Assembly: GCA_031372065.1 (NCBI GenBank)
Contig: JANMKN010000287.1
Span: 1 to 14,072, forward strand
Length of the DNA stretch: 14,072 nucleotides
Source of the DNA: Abditibacteriaceae bacterium
GTDB lineage: Bacteria; Armatimonadota; Abditibacteriia; Abditibacteriales; Abditibacteriaceae
Reading direction: 5' to 3'
Shown here: positions 7,294-14,072 of the stretch, in pieces
Layout of the letters: the number at the start of each line of letters is the position of its first letter
Numbering within the stretch: the first letter of the stretch is position 1
Translations under genes and position numbers: made by a program
The notes under the pieces: model-generated
Databases searched by the model: none
What the model saw: only the letters and a program-made list of their open reading frames with translations
What the model was told of the DNA's origin: nothing

Positions 7294-7397
7294 CAAACTC
7301 GCAATGTTTGCGAATTTGCCGTCCCAGAAAGCCAAGCCAAATTTGGCGAATTCGCCAAATTTGAATCCTTGCCAAATGTTACATTTTGTAACATTTG
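7294..7397. repeat. Three tandem inverted repeats of 25, 26 and 25 bp
   Basis: CAAACTCGCAA-TGT-TTGCGAATTTG (7294-7318, 1 mismatch); CAAATTTGGCGAATTCGCCAAATTTG (7338-7363, perfect palindrome); CAAATGTTACA-TTT-TGTAACATTTG (7373-7397, perfect arms). Confidence 0.95.
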
Positions 7398-7408
7398 AAA
7401 CCCACTAA

Positions 7409-8041
7409 ATGCCTAAGCGCCGCAACTCTCTGACGCCTCAATTCGAGTTCGATGATGCCACCGGACAATTCCGTAATTTGCGCACAGGCCGCTTTGTGGC
7501 GCGTCTGGCCGTGCGCGCGGCGTTGGATGACTACATTGATGCCAAAGGCGCTGAAATGAAGGCGCTGGCCGAGCAGCTTCGCAACCGCGAAATTACCATC
7601 GGTCAATGGCAAAAGGCCATAGAAAATAACATCGCCAAAATCCACTTAGCAAATGCAGCAGCGGCCAAAGGCGGCACTCATGCGATGCAAAACGCCGATT
7701 TTGGGCGTGTTGGTGGATTGGTCAAATACGAGTATCAACAGCTCCGCGAATTTGCCAAACAGATTGAAAACGGCTTGCCTTTGGATGGACGCTTCATGAA
7801 CCGTATCGGTCAGTATGCAAGTGCCGGACGCCACACTTACCACGAAGTAGATCGTCTGGAGCAGCAGGCGCGCGGCATGGCAGAAGAACGTTCTATTTTG
7901 CACGCCAGAGATTCCTGCGCTGGTTGTTTGAGCGCGGCGGCGGCTGGCTGGCAGCCCGCTGGCACGCTGCCTTTACCGGGAGAGCGCCAATGCTTGCGTT
8001 CGTGCCGTTGTTCAATGGAATATCGAGTAGGTGAATCATGA
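7409..8041 (+). CDS. Head morphogenesis / minor capsid protein (short MuF/SPP1 gp7-like)
   Basis: 210 aa, basic and helical, with the C-terminal Cys cluster CAGC...LPLPGERQCLRSCRC typical of MuF-like proteins; lies between portal and scaffold. No clear SD. Confidence 0.75.
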   Translation: MPKRRNSLTPQFEFDDATGQFRNLRTGRFVARLAVRAALDDYIDAKGAEMKALAEQLRNREITIGQWQKAIENNIAKIHLANAAAAKGGTHAMQNADFGRVGGLVKYEYQQLREFAKQIENGLPLDGRFMNRIGQYASAGRHTYHEVDRLEQQARGMAEERSILHARDSCAGCLSAAAAGWQPAGTLPLPGERQCLRSCRCSMEYRVGES

Positions 8042-8256
8042 GCGTTATTTCTTCATCGTCGTATCGCACCCGTGACATTGCCCGCGCTGTGCACCAATCG
8101 CCGCGCACGGTGCAGCGTTATCTCGAACAAAAATATCCGAATCACGAGGGCTGGCACTCGTTCACAGACGAAGAATTTCAAGCACTTGTCAGCGAGATGA
8201 AAGCGATGATTCCGGTGCGGCAGCGACGGCGTTCATGCTGGCTAAAGTGGCGCTGA
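8038..8256 (+). CDS. Small HTH DNA-binding protein
   Basis: ATGA overlap; YRTRDIARAVHQSPRTVQRYL is an HTH pattern; 72 aa. Confidence 0.7.
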   Translation: MSVISSSSYRTRDIARAVHQSPRTVQRYLEQKYPNHEGWHSFTDEEFQALVSEMKAMIPVRQRRRSCWLKWR

Positions 8257-8258
8257 CC

Positions 8259-8288
8259 AGTTGCTGCCTATCAAGTTGCTGCCTGTCA
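8259..8288. repeat. 15-bp tandem repeat x2
   Basis: AGTTGCTGCCTATCA / AGTTGCTGCCTGTCA, one mismatch. Confidence 0.9.
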
Positions 8289-8323
8289 AGCATTTGAGTG
8301 CGGAATAGCACTCGCGTGAGTGC

Positions 8324-8352
8324 TTGAAATGGTCTGAGGATAAATATAGGAT
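8324..8352 (+). promoter_or_regulatory. Putative sigma70-type promoter for the membrane-protein gene
   Basis: TTGAAA (8324-8329), 17 nt, TAGGAT (8347-8352), in an AT-rich spacer about 50 nt before ATG 8403. Confidence 0.5.
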
Positions 8353-8402
8353 TTTGAATAACTTTGGTAGCGGTTATTGAAAGCCGTTAAGGGAGACAAC
8401 TC

Positions 8403-8705
8403 ATGGGAAAACCAATAGCGGTTTGGCTGGCGACATTCCTGAGCCCCACAGCTTATTTTCTGTTGCTGGTGTTCTGGGACAGATTGCGCGTGCCTGCCCC
8501 GCCAGAGGGCTTTGTCGTCTCCCTGTTTTGTCTCATCCCTATCGTGGCACTACTGGCCTGCGGGACTGTGGTCTGGCGGAAGAATCAGAGAGTGAACCGC
8601 AGAGCGGGTTGGCTGGCTTTGACCGTGCTGGCGATGGCGTTGCAGGTCGGCGTTTTGCTCGTCATCATCATCAGCGCGATTACGGTAGCAATTTCTCTCC
8701 CTTAG
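8403..8705 (+). CDS. Small integral membrane protein (about 3 TM helices), moron-like
   Basis: AAGGGAG RBS; three hydrophobic stretches separated by DRLRVPAPPE and RKNQRVNRR; tandem TAG TAG stop. Confidence 0.8.
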   Translation: MGKPIAVWLATFLSPTAYFLLLVFWDRLRVPAPPEGFVVSLFCLIPIVALLACGTVVWRKNQRVNRRAGWLALTVLAMALQVGVLLVIIISAITVAISLP

Positions 8706-8734
8706 TAGAAGGCTTTGTAGTAGATGACAAACCC

Positions 8735-8771
8735 AAGCGGCCCGAAAAACCAGAGTTTGCGGGCCGCTTTT
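8735..8771 (+). terminator. Putative intrinsic terminator
   Basis: AAGCGGCCCG (8735-8744) pairs with CGGGCCGCTT (8760-8769); inner AAAC/GTTT around a CAGA loop; short T run (8768-8771) then T-rich sequence. Confidence 0.65.
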
Positions 8772-8793
8772 GCTTGCTACTATTGTCGCGTTT

Positions 8794-8822
8794 TTGGTGT
8801 TTTTCGCGCTTTGTTTTAGAAT
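8794..8822 (+). promoter_or_regulatory. Putative sigma70-type promoter for the scaffold-capsid genes
   Basis: TTGGTG (8794-8799), 17 nt, TAGAAT (8817-8822), just after the terminator; GAGGA RBS at 8842-8846. Confidence 0.45.
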
Positions 8823-8852
8823 CAACTTTGTATTTTCTTCTGAGGATTCTTT

Positions 8853-9707
8853 ATGCGATTCGGGCGATTGCCGGGCGTTCCTTTGGGCGTGCAGTGGTGT
8901 TTGGAAGCCGATAACGGCGGCGGTGGCTCCGGTTCTGGCGGTGGCGGCAATAACAACAGTGACGACGACAAGGCGCGTCGCAATCTGGAAAATCTGCTGG
9001 CCCAAAAGAACGGCGATGCCATCGCTCTATCGGCCCAACTGCTCGCCGAAAACGCTGGGCTACGCGACGACAAAAGGGGCCTTAATAAACAGATCACCGA
9101 ACTCAAGGCCAAGGTGCCTGCTGAAGATGCGGTAGTTCTGTCTGGTGATGACCTCAAAGCGTATAACGACCTCAAAGCCTTGGGCAATCTCGATGAGTTG
9201 AAGCAACTCAAAACCGAGCGCGACGACTTCAAAACCAAATACGAAACCGAACAGAAAACCAATGCCAGAAACGCGCGTGAGATGCTTTTGCGCGATGTGG
9301 CGGATAATGTGGCACCCGGCGACAAATGGAAGTTTTCGGTTTTACGTGATCGCGATGCCCTTACCCCCGGCCTTTCCTACGAGATCAAGGATGTCGAAGA
9401 AAACGGCCAAAAAGCCAAACGCACCTTCGTCAAATACAAAGACGGCGAAGGCGACAGTGCGCCAGTCAAGGAATTGGCGCTGAGTGATTTCGCTTCGCAA
9501 AAATGGAGCGATTACTTGCCCGCCTTGCAACTGGGAGCCAGTGCAAACGGCGGACAAAATGGTGGGGCACGCCACGTCGCTCAAGGCAGTGGTGGCAGCA
9601 ACGGGAAAGGCAGTATTTTCGATTCGATCCGCAAGGAAGCCGAAGAAAAGAACAAAGCCGCGAAACCGGATGGCCCCAGCGTCGAAGAGCGCATGAATAT
9701 GCGTTAG
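8853..9707 (+). CDS. Capsid scaffolding protein
   Basis: 284 aa; Gly-rich flexible N-terminus, long charged coiled coil, Gly-rich linker and short C-terminal helix; lies upstream of decoration and capsid genes. Confidence 0.8.
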   Translation: MRFGRLPGVPLGVQWCLEADNGGGGSGSGGGGNNNSDDDKARRNLENLLAQKNGDAIALSAQLLAENAGLRDDKRGLNKQITELKAKVPAEDAVVLSGDDLKAYNDLKALGNLDELKQLKTERDDFKTKYETEQKTNARNAREMLLRDVADNVAPGDKWKFSVLRDRDALTPGLSYEIKDVEENGQKAKRTFVKYKDGEGDSAPVKELALSDFASQKWSDYLPALQLGASANGGQNGGARHVAQGSGGSNGKGSIFDSIRKEAEEKNKAAKPDGPSVEERMNMR

Positions 9708-9738
9708 TTGTGAAACTCGTCGTAAATTCTTCTCTTTT

Positions 9739-9795
9739 GTCGCAAAGCCAAGGGCTAATGCGACGCATTTCTGATCGTTGCAAGGCAGCAATCAG
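9739..9795 (+). promoter_or_regulatory. Twin stem-loops with identical C(AAG)G loops; putative cis-regulatory RNA element
   Basis: GTCGCA-A-AGCC-AAG-GGCT-AA-TGCGAC (9739-9764) and CTGAT-C-GTTGC-AAG-GCAGC-A-ATCAG (9771-9795), 15 nt before the AGGAG RBS. Function is inferred. Confidence 0.55.
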
Positions 9796-9821
9796 GCACT
9801 CTCATTTCATAGGAGATCACC

Positions 9822-10226
9822 ATGATAACGGTTGAAAAAACCGCTGGCGGTCAGGCACATACCAGCCCCTTTATCGGGCCAACAAATCACCCTGTCAGCG
9901 TGAAGGTGGATGTGTCGGATTTGACCACTTACGAAGTGGACACCTACGGCCATTTGAAGCCCGGCGTGCCACTCGACAAAAACGGCAACACCATTGGCAG
10001 TGGCGTTCCAGTTTATGGCTGCGTCATCGAGGCCACCAAAATTGTGGCGGCTAATCCCACCAATACCACACTGGGCGCCGATACCAGCGCCTTGCCCGTC
10101 GTTGTGGCTACGCATTGCGTGGTCAACCGCGACATTCTTGAAGATGTTCTGGGCCGTGCCCTCACCGCCGATGAAATCGCCGGTTTTGATTTGGCTGGCA
10201 GCCACTGCGTTTTGTCGCGCACATAA
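9822..10226 (+). CDS. Putative head decoration (cement) protein
   Basis: 134 aa, beta-rich with LKPGVPL segment; AGGAG RBS; between scaffold and capsid, as for lambda gpD-like genes. Confidence 0.65.
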   Translation: MITVEKTAGGQAHTSPFIGPTNHPVSVKVDVSDLTTYEVDTYGHLKPGVPLDKNGNTIGSGVPVYGCVIEATKIVAANPTNTTLGADTSALPVVVATHCVVNRDILEDVLGRALTADEIAGFDLAGSHCVLSRT

Positions 10227-10271
10227 AACAGCGCCTAAGTTTTCTTCAAAGGAAGAAAAGGAGAACAAACA

Positions 10272-11330
10272 ATGTCCACCTTTGGATGGATTCAAACCCT
10301 TGATAATTTATCGGCGGCGGCGCTGACTGTCTTAGCGCAGACGCGCAGCCCAAATGACAGCGGGCGCTTGTTGTGGGACGGCTTCATGATGCCCGCCGAT
10401 GTTGACAGCATTTCGCTGGAAGACATCACCACGTTGGATTTTCGCCCCGCGTCGGGCCGTCGTATGTGGAATCAGCGCGGACGCCGGATGCCGCTGCGCA
10501 CGCCGGATAGGCGCAAGATCGAGATTGAACCGATTGAATTCAACTTTCGTGTTGATGAAAAGGAAATGCAGAAGTTGATGGAGCGCTTTCTGGGCAACCA
10601 GCAGCTCATTCAACAGCAGATCGGCGCTTCGATTCCCACACGCGTCGAAAAGCTCGCCGATGCCAACTATCGCCAGTTGGAGTTGGATGTTTTTGAAGCG
10701 TGGGCCACCGGCCAAGTTACTGTGTCCAACCCGGAAAATGGCGAAACGTATGTAGTGCCCTACGATTTTGCCGCCGAGCGCAATGACACGGCGGGCACGG
10801 CGTGGGACGACCCCGGTGTCAACGCCTATAAGGAACTTATCGCTTGGCTAAATGACGCCACGGCGCTTGTCGGCCCACTGGCGGGCGTAGCGCTGCGTTT
10901 GGCGGCGCGTTCGGCGATTCTTGAGGATGCGCCTTCTTTGTCCGGCGGTGCAGAAATGTCGCTTGCTAATTTGGAAGACCGCATATCGCAGGACACTGGA
11001 CAGCCATTCCGCTTCTTTCTGATGGAAGGCACCGTAGAAGTGCCCACTGATGGCGGCGTGACGTATGCCTCGCAGAAGATTTGGTCGGATGCCGCTATTA
11101 TTGCGGCGGTGCCTTTCGACAAGCGTATCGGTAAAACCGCCTTTGCGCCGATTGGCCGCGCCATGTCTATTGCCCAGCAGGTGCCTGAAGCCAAGATTGA
11201 TGTGCGTCGCAACTCGGTTTTCATGTTCGAGGAAAATGGCGGGCGCGAATTGGATGTCGAGTGCCAGTTGAACGCCTTCCCCATTCCCGACGAAAACCGC
11301 ATTGCCACCATGGACACTGGCATCAGCTAA
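10272..11330 (+). CDS. Major capsid protein (HK97 fold, probably lambda gpE-like)
   Basis: 352 aa, AAGGAG RBS, position after scaffold and decoration genes; ELDVFEAWATGQV and WDDPGVNAYKEL segments resemble gpE-family capsids. Confidence 0.85.
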   Translation: MSTFGWIQTLDNLSAAALTVLAQTRSPNDSGRLLWDGFMMPADVDSISLEDITTLDFRPASGRRMWNQRGRRMPLRTPDRRKIEIEPIEFNFRVDEKEMQKLMERFLGNQQLIQQQIGASIPTRVEKLADANYRQLELDVFEAWATGQVTVSNPENGETYVVPYDFAAERNDTAGTAWDDPGVNAYKELIAWLNDATALVGPLAGVALRLAARSAILEDAPSLSGGAEMSLANLEDRISQDTGQPFRFFLMEGTVEVPTDGGVTYASQKIWSDAAIIAAVPFDKRIGKTAFAPIGRAMSIAQQVPEAKIDVRRNSVFMFEENGGRELDVECQLNAFPIPDENRIATMDTGIS

Positions 11331-11345
11331 AGGAGCAACGAGATC

Positions 11346-11792
11346 ATGGCACGAAAATTATTGGCCTCTTTTGATTTGGCTGGCTCTGTTCAAAATGTTC
11401 AGAAAAGCATGGCAACGGCGTTAGCCACCTTAGCATCAGGTAAAAACCCGGACGCCACTGCGTTTTATTTGCCGGTTGCCAATGAAGCGCCGCTTACAGC
11501 AACACCCAAGGCAGCGGCTACAGCCGCCGAACTCGGCGTTGCTGCTACTGCCGGTTTGCGTTTGATGGGTTATTCCATCATGGAAAGTGCAGGTTCCCCA
11601 GCGGCGGCCTCAGTGAACCTGCTGCACAGTGCCGACAACACCGGTGCCATCGTCGCGCCGATCAAATTGGCTGCCAGCGGCGTGCAAACCGTGATGTTTC
11701 CTGAAGGTGGCATTGCCGTTGCCAATGGCATCTATATCAACCGGCTGACCGGTAACACAACGGTTGTGCTGTATACCAAGGTGGTGGCTTAA
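11346..11792 (+). CDS. Putative virion structural protein (Ala-rich N-terminus, beta-sandwich-like C-terminus)
   Basis: 148 aa, AAGGAG RBS, directly after the capsid gene; rich in A/G/T/V with strand pattern VMFPEGGIAVANGIYI. Confidence 0.55.
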   Translation: MARKLLASFDLAGSVQNVQKSMATALATLASGKNPDATAFYLPVANEAPLTATPKAAATAAELGVAATAGLRLMGYSIMESAGSPAAASVNLLHSADNTGAIVAPIKLAASGVQTVMFPEGGIAVANGIYINRLTGNTTVVLYTKVVA

Positions 11793-11794
11793 CT

Positions 11795-12322
11795 ATGGCA
11801 AAACGTGTAATTTTACGCGCCATTCGGCATAGCACCAGGCGATTCTCGCCCGGTCAAGAAAAAGAACTGGCTGCCGCGTCCACGCCCGAACAGTTGAAAG
11901 AGTGGCAAAAGCGCGGTTTGATCGAAGGTGATTGGGGTGTCGAAGTCGAAGAGGAGGGCGTTCAATCGCCTCTTATGGGCTATCCTGCCGATGCGCTCGA
12001 ACCTATCGCCGCGCGCATCGGCGGTTCACTTGGCTTTGAGCGCGAAGAAGGCGAACCGCCCTTGCAGTTTTTAGAGCGCTTCGCCAGTGACTGCGAACGT
12101 ATCACCTCCCGGCTGGGTGAGCATTTCGGCGCACTCGAAAGTGAGCGCGATACCGCGATTCTGGCCCGCGATGAGGCCCTTGCGCATTGGGAACAGGCAG
12201 TGGCTGAAAACGACAAGCTGAAAGCTGATTTGGACGAGTTAAAAGTGTTCGTGGAAGGCACAAAAGCCGACGCTGAAAAGCCAGACGCTAAAGCCGACGC
12301 CAAAAGCAAAGCTAAAAGCTAA
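11795..12322 (+). CDS. Hypothetical protein with coiled coil and K/A/D-rich tail
   Basis: 175 aa, 2 nt after upstream stop; tail KADAEKPDAKADAKSKAKS. Confidence 0.75.
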   Translation: MAKRVILRAIRHSTRRFSPGQEKELAAASTPEQLKEWQKRGLIEGDWGVEVEEEGVQSPLMGYPADALEPIAARIGGSLGFEREEGEPPLQFLERFASDCERITSRLGEHFGALESERDTAILARDEALAHWEQAVAENDKLKADLDELKVFVEGTKADAEKPDAKADAKSKAKS

Positions 12323-12332
12323 TCGCTAAATC

Positions 12333-12836
12333 ATGGCCCTTGACGCTAACTCAATCTACAAAGCGGCTTCGCTTGACCCGGCGCAATTTGGCGCTGAGAT
12401 TGTCGATCCAGAATCTGAAGCTGATGAACAAAGGCAGCAGGTTCTGGATTACATCGACAGTGATGTTTTGCCCGGTGCCAAGTCCGAAGTCAGCGTGCCT
12501 TTTCGTGAAGTGACGGGTTATGGCACGATTGCTGATTTCGCCGCCGCGCGCTTTGCTGACTTGGGTGATTCTGCCCGCAATGCACTGATTGCTGAGGGTG
12601 AAGCGCTTTATGATACGGCGGTCAAGAGTTATGCGCGCAGCGAGCTAAATAAGACCATTGATACCGATGCCGAAGCCTATGACAAAGACAGTGATCAAGA
12701 TCGAATTCAGGGCAACCAGAGGCTTGAAAAACTGCTTGTGTGGGCGCGCACGGTGATGAAATCCGATTCGTCAACGGGCGAAGAAGAATCAAGGATTCCA
12801 CGCTCTGTATCGGTGAGAGTGCGTCGCACTTGGTAA
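12333..12836 (+). CDS. Putative head-tail adaptor
   Basis: 167 aa, acidic and helical with a terminal beta-strand (PRSVSVRVRRTW); synteny. Confidence 0.55.
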   Translation: MALDANSIYKAASLDPAQFGAEIVDPESEADEQRQQVLDYIDSDVLPGAKSEVSVPFREVTGYGTIADFAAARFADLGDSARNALIAEGEALYDTAVKSYARSELNKTIDTDAEAYDKDSDQDRIQGNQRLEKLLVWARTVMKSDSSTGEEESRIPRSVSVRVRRTW

Positions 12837-12854
12837 GTGTTTTGGTGATTCCTG

Positions 12855-13253
12855 ATGGCAAACCGAGGCAGGCCGGTCTCACGCAAATATGAACGTCGCA
12901 TTGCCGCTATTCCCGGCCAGACGGCGATTTTGCGCGAGGAAGTTCGTTTTATTTTACGCGAGGAACTGGAAAACGCCACACAAGCCGAGCTTTACGACCG
13001 TGTCAGAAAAGGCCGCTTGACTCATCGTATGATGCGTTCTGTAAAAGCCAGCATTCGTGGTGACCGGGTGCTTGCCTTCTACGATGCGCGCATTGCTAAA
13101 CACGCGCGGTATCGTTTGCAGATGACCGGTAGTGCGAAAAGTGATGGGCACTTGCTCACGATGCGTCCGGGTTTGTATTTACGCAAGCACGCCAACCCGC
13201 GTATTCGTCGCCGTGCTGTGATGGCGATGCGTCGCGTGATGCAGGCAAAATAA
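12855..13253 (+). CDS. Putative neck/tail-completion protein (HK97 gp10-like)
   Basis: 132 aa, very Arg-rich; LTHRMMRSVKASI...AKHARY resembles the 'TG.L..SI...YA.Y' pattern; synteny. Confidence 0.55.
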   Translation: MANRGRPVSRKYERRIAAIPGQTAILREEVRFILREELENATQAELYDRVRKGRLTHRMMRSVKASIRGDRVLAFYDARIAKHARYRLQMTGSAKSDGHLLTMRPGLYLRKHANPRIRRRAVMAMRRVMQAK

Positions 13254-13265
13254 GCGATTCAATTC

Positions 13266-13769
13266 ATGACATGGGAGCAAGGCACTGATGCCGCTGATGC
13301 GCTGCGCAGGGCCATTAAAACCTTTATTGAAACGTGGTTGGCTGACGATGCTTACAAAGCAAATTTACCGCGCGTGAATCGCAAGGTATTTCTGCCCGGT
13401 GAGCGTCAGGATGCGCAACTCAAAATCGTCATTGCAACTGCCAATGATCAGCAGGCGCCACACGTTTATGAAGAGGGCGCCCATGAAGTCAGCGAAGAGT
13501 TTCACCGTGTGGCCGTCATCGTAAAAAGCGATAAAAAAGGCGGCGGAGCAGATGCAGTGAGTAAGATGCACACGGCTTTGAAATCACTGTTTACCGCCGC
13601 TTCCAAAGAAGGCACGGTCGAATGCACCGCGCGCATCGCAGCCGGTTTTTATAACTTACGATCTACTTCGGATAGCTTCGACATCGCGCCGGGCGATTTA
13701 TCCGATGAAGGCACAGCCTTCCGGCAAGACATTTATTTGACGTGTTCAACGGACACGTTTTTAAATTGA
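13266..13769 (+). CDS. Putative tail terminator protein
   Basis: 167 aa alpha/beta pattern, follows the gp10-like gene; synteny only. Confidence 0.5.
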   Translation: MTWEQGTDAADALRRAIKTFIETWLADDAYKANLPRVNRKVFLPGERQDAQLKIVIATANDQQAPHVYEEGAHEVSEEFHRVAVIVKSDKKGGGADAVSKMHTALKSLFTAASKEGTVECTARIAAGFYNLRSTSDSFDIAPGDLSDEGTAFRQDIYLTCSTDTFLN

Positions 13770-13786
13770 AGGAGCGACGAAAAATC

Positions 13787-14011
13787 ATGGCACGCTACAA
13801 TTTGCCCCGTGTATTCACGGTAACCGATGACAAGAAAAACACGCAGGGCTTTGGCCCCGGCGAGTGCGATGTGCCCGAATGGGCCGTAAAGCAATTGAAA
13901 GAGCGCGGACGCGATATTGAACCACACCGCATTAAAGGCGGCGCTCAGGTGCAGTCCGCACCAGTGAACACACCAGCAGCCACACCAGCAGCCACACCGG
14001 AGAAGCCGTAA
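13787..14011 (+). CDS. Small hypothetical protein with TPAA-repeat tail
   Basis: AAGGAG upstream of ATG 13787; 74 aa; CACACCAGCAGC x2.5 at 13969-13998. Confidence 0.7.
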   Translation: MARYNLPRVFTVTDDKKNTQGFGPGECDVPEWAVKQLKERGRDIEPHRIKGGAQVQSAPVNTPAATPAATPEKP

Positions 14012-14054
14012 AAACGAGCCGCAAGAGATCTTGATTTTTGAGGAGTGAACGAGC

Positions 14055-14072
14055 ATGACTGACAGCCTAAAA
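14055..14072 (+). CDS. 5' end of the next gene (partial; possibly major tail protein by position)
   Basis: GAGGAG RBS then ATG 14055, MTDSLK, open to the window end. Confidence 0.5.

Larger units (their letters stand above)
1..14072 (+). mobile_element. Tailed phage/prophage packaging and head-neck morphogenesis region; extends beyond both window edges
   Basis: All credible genes are on +, tightly packed, in the canonical order terS-terL-portal-MuF-like-scaffold-decoration-capsid-adaptor-neck-terminator; terL motifs are clear. Free phage versus prophage cannot be told from this window. Confidence 0.96.

Noticed and set aside
7338..7363. Protelomerase (telRL) site or intrinsic terminator
   Set aside because: Shorter than characterised phage tel palindromes, no protelomerase in view, and no U tract on either side.
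8305..8326. CIRCE (HrcA operator) look-alike ATAGCACTC-GCGT-GAGTGCTTG
   Set aside because: Half-sites resemble TTAGCACTC/GAGTGCTAA but the spacer is 4 nt rather than 9; kept only as an unexplained dyad.
8403..8705. Holin call for the 3-TM protein
   Set aside because: No adjacent endolysin or spanin, and it has its own promoter and terminator; not excluded but unsupported.
8423..9135. Overlapping + strand ORFs 8423-8914 and 8770-9135
   Set aside because: They run through the terminator/promoter spacer and overlap better-supported genes that have RBSs.

Overview
The window is a co-directional (+ strand) DNA-packaging and head/neck morphogenesis region of a tailed dsDNA phage or prophage. Gene order: partial coiled-coil ORF, apparent ParB-N-terminus/QueE-C-terminus chimera, folE, terminase small, terminase large, portal, a small acidic ORF, five tightly coupled accessory genes ending in an HslV/proteasome-beta-like peptidase, MuF-like head protein, HTH protein, a 3-TM gene with its own promoter and terminator, scaffold, head decoration, major capsid, two virion/hypothetical genes, adaptor, neck, tail-terminator-like genes, a small ORF and the start of the next gene. 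folE, terL and the peptidase are called from recognisable motifs; most structural calls rest on size, composition and synteny. The most notable signals are: (1) a probable in-frame deletion scar in a 7-deazaguanine DNA-modification locus; (2) three ~25-bp CAAA...TTTG dyads with different cores in one 145-bp spacer; (3) twin C(AAG)G-loop hairpins ahead of the decoration/capsid genes; (4) a peptidase-containing accessory block that includes a basic 44-aa ORF missing from the ORF track; (5) many short tandem duplications. No integrase, att site, tRNA, rRNA or CRISPR array was seen, and the host cannot be assigned. No database searches were run.
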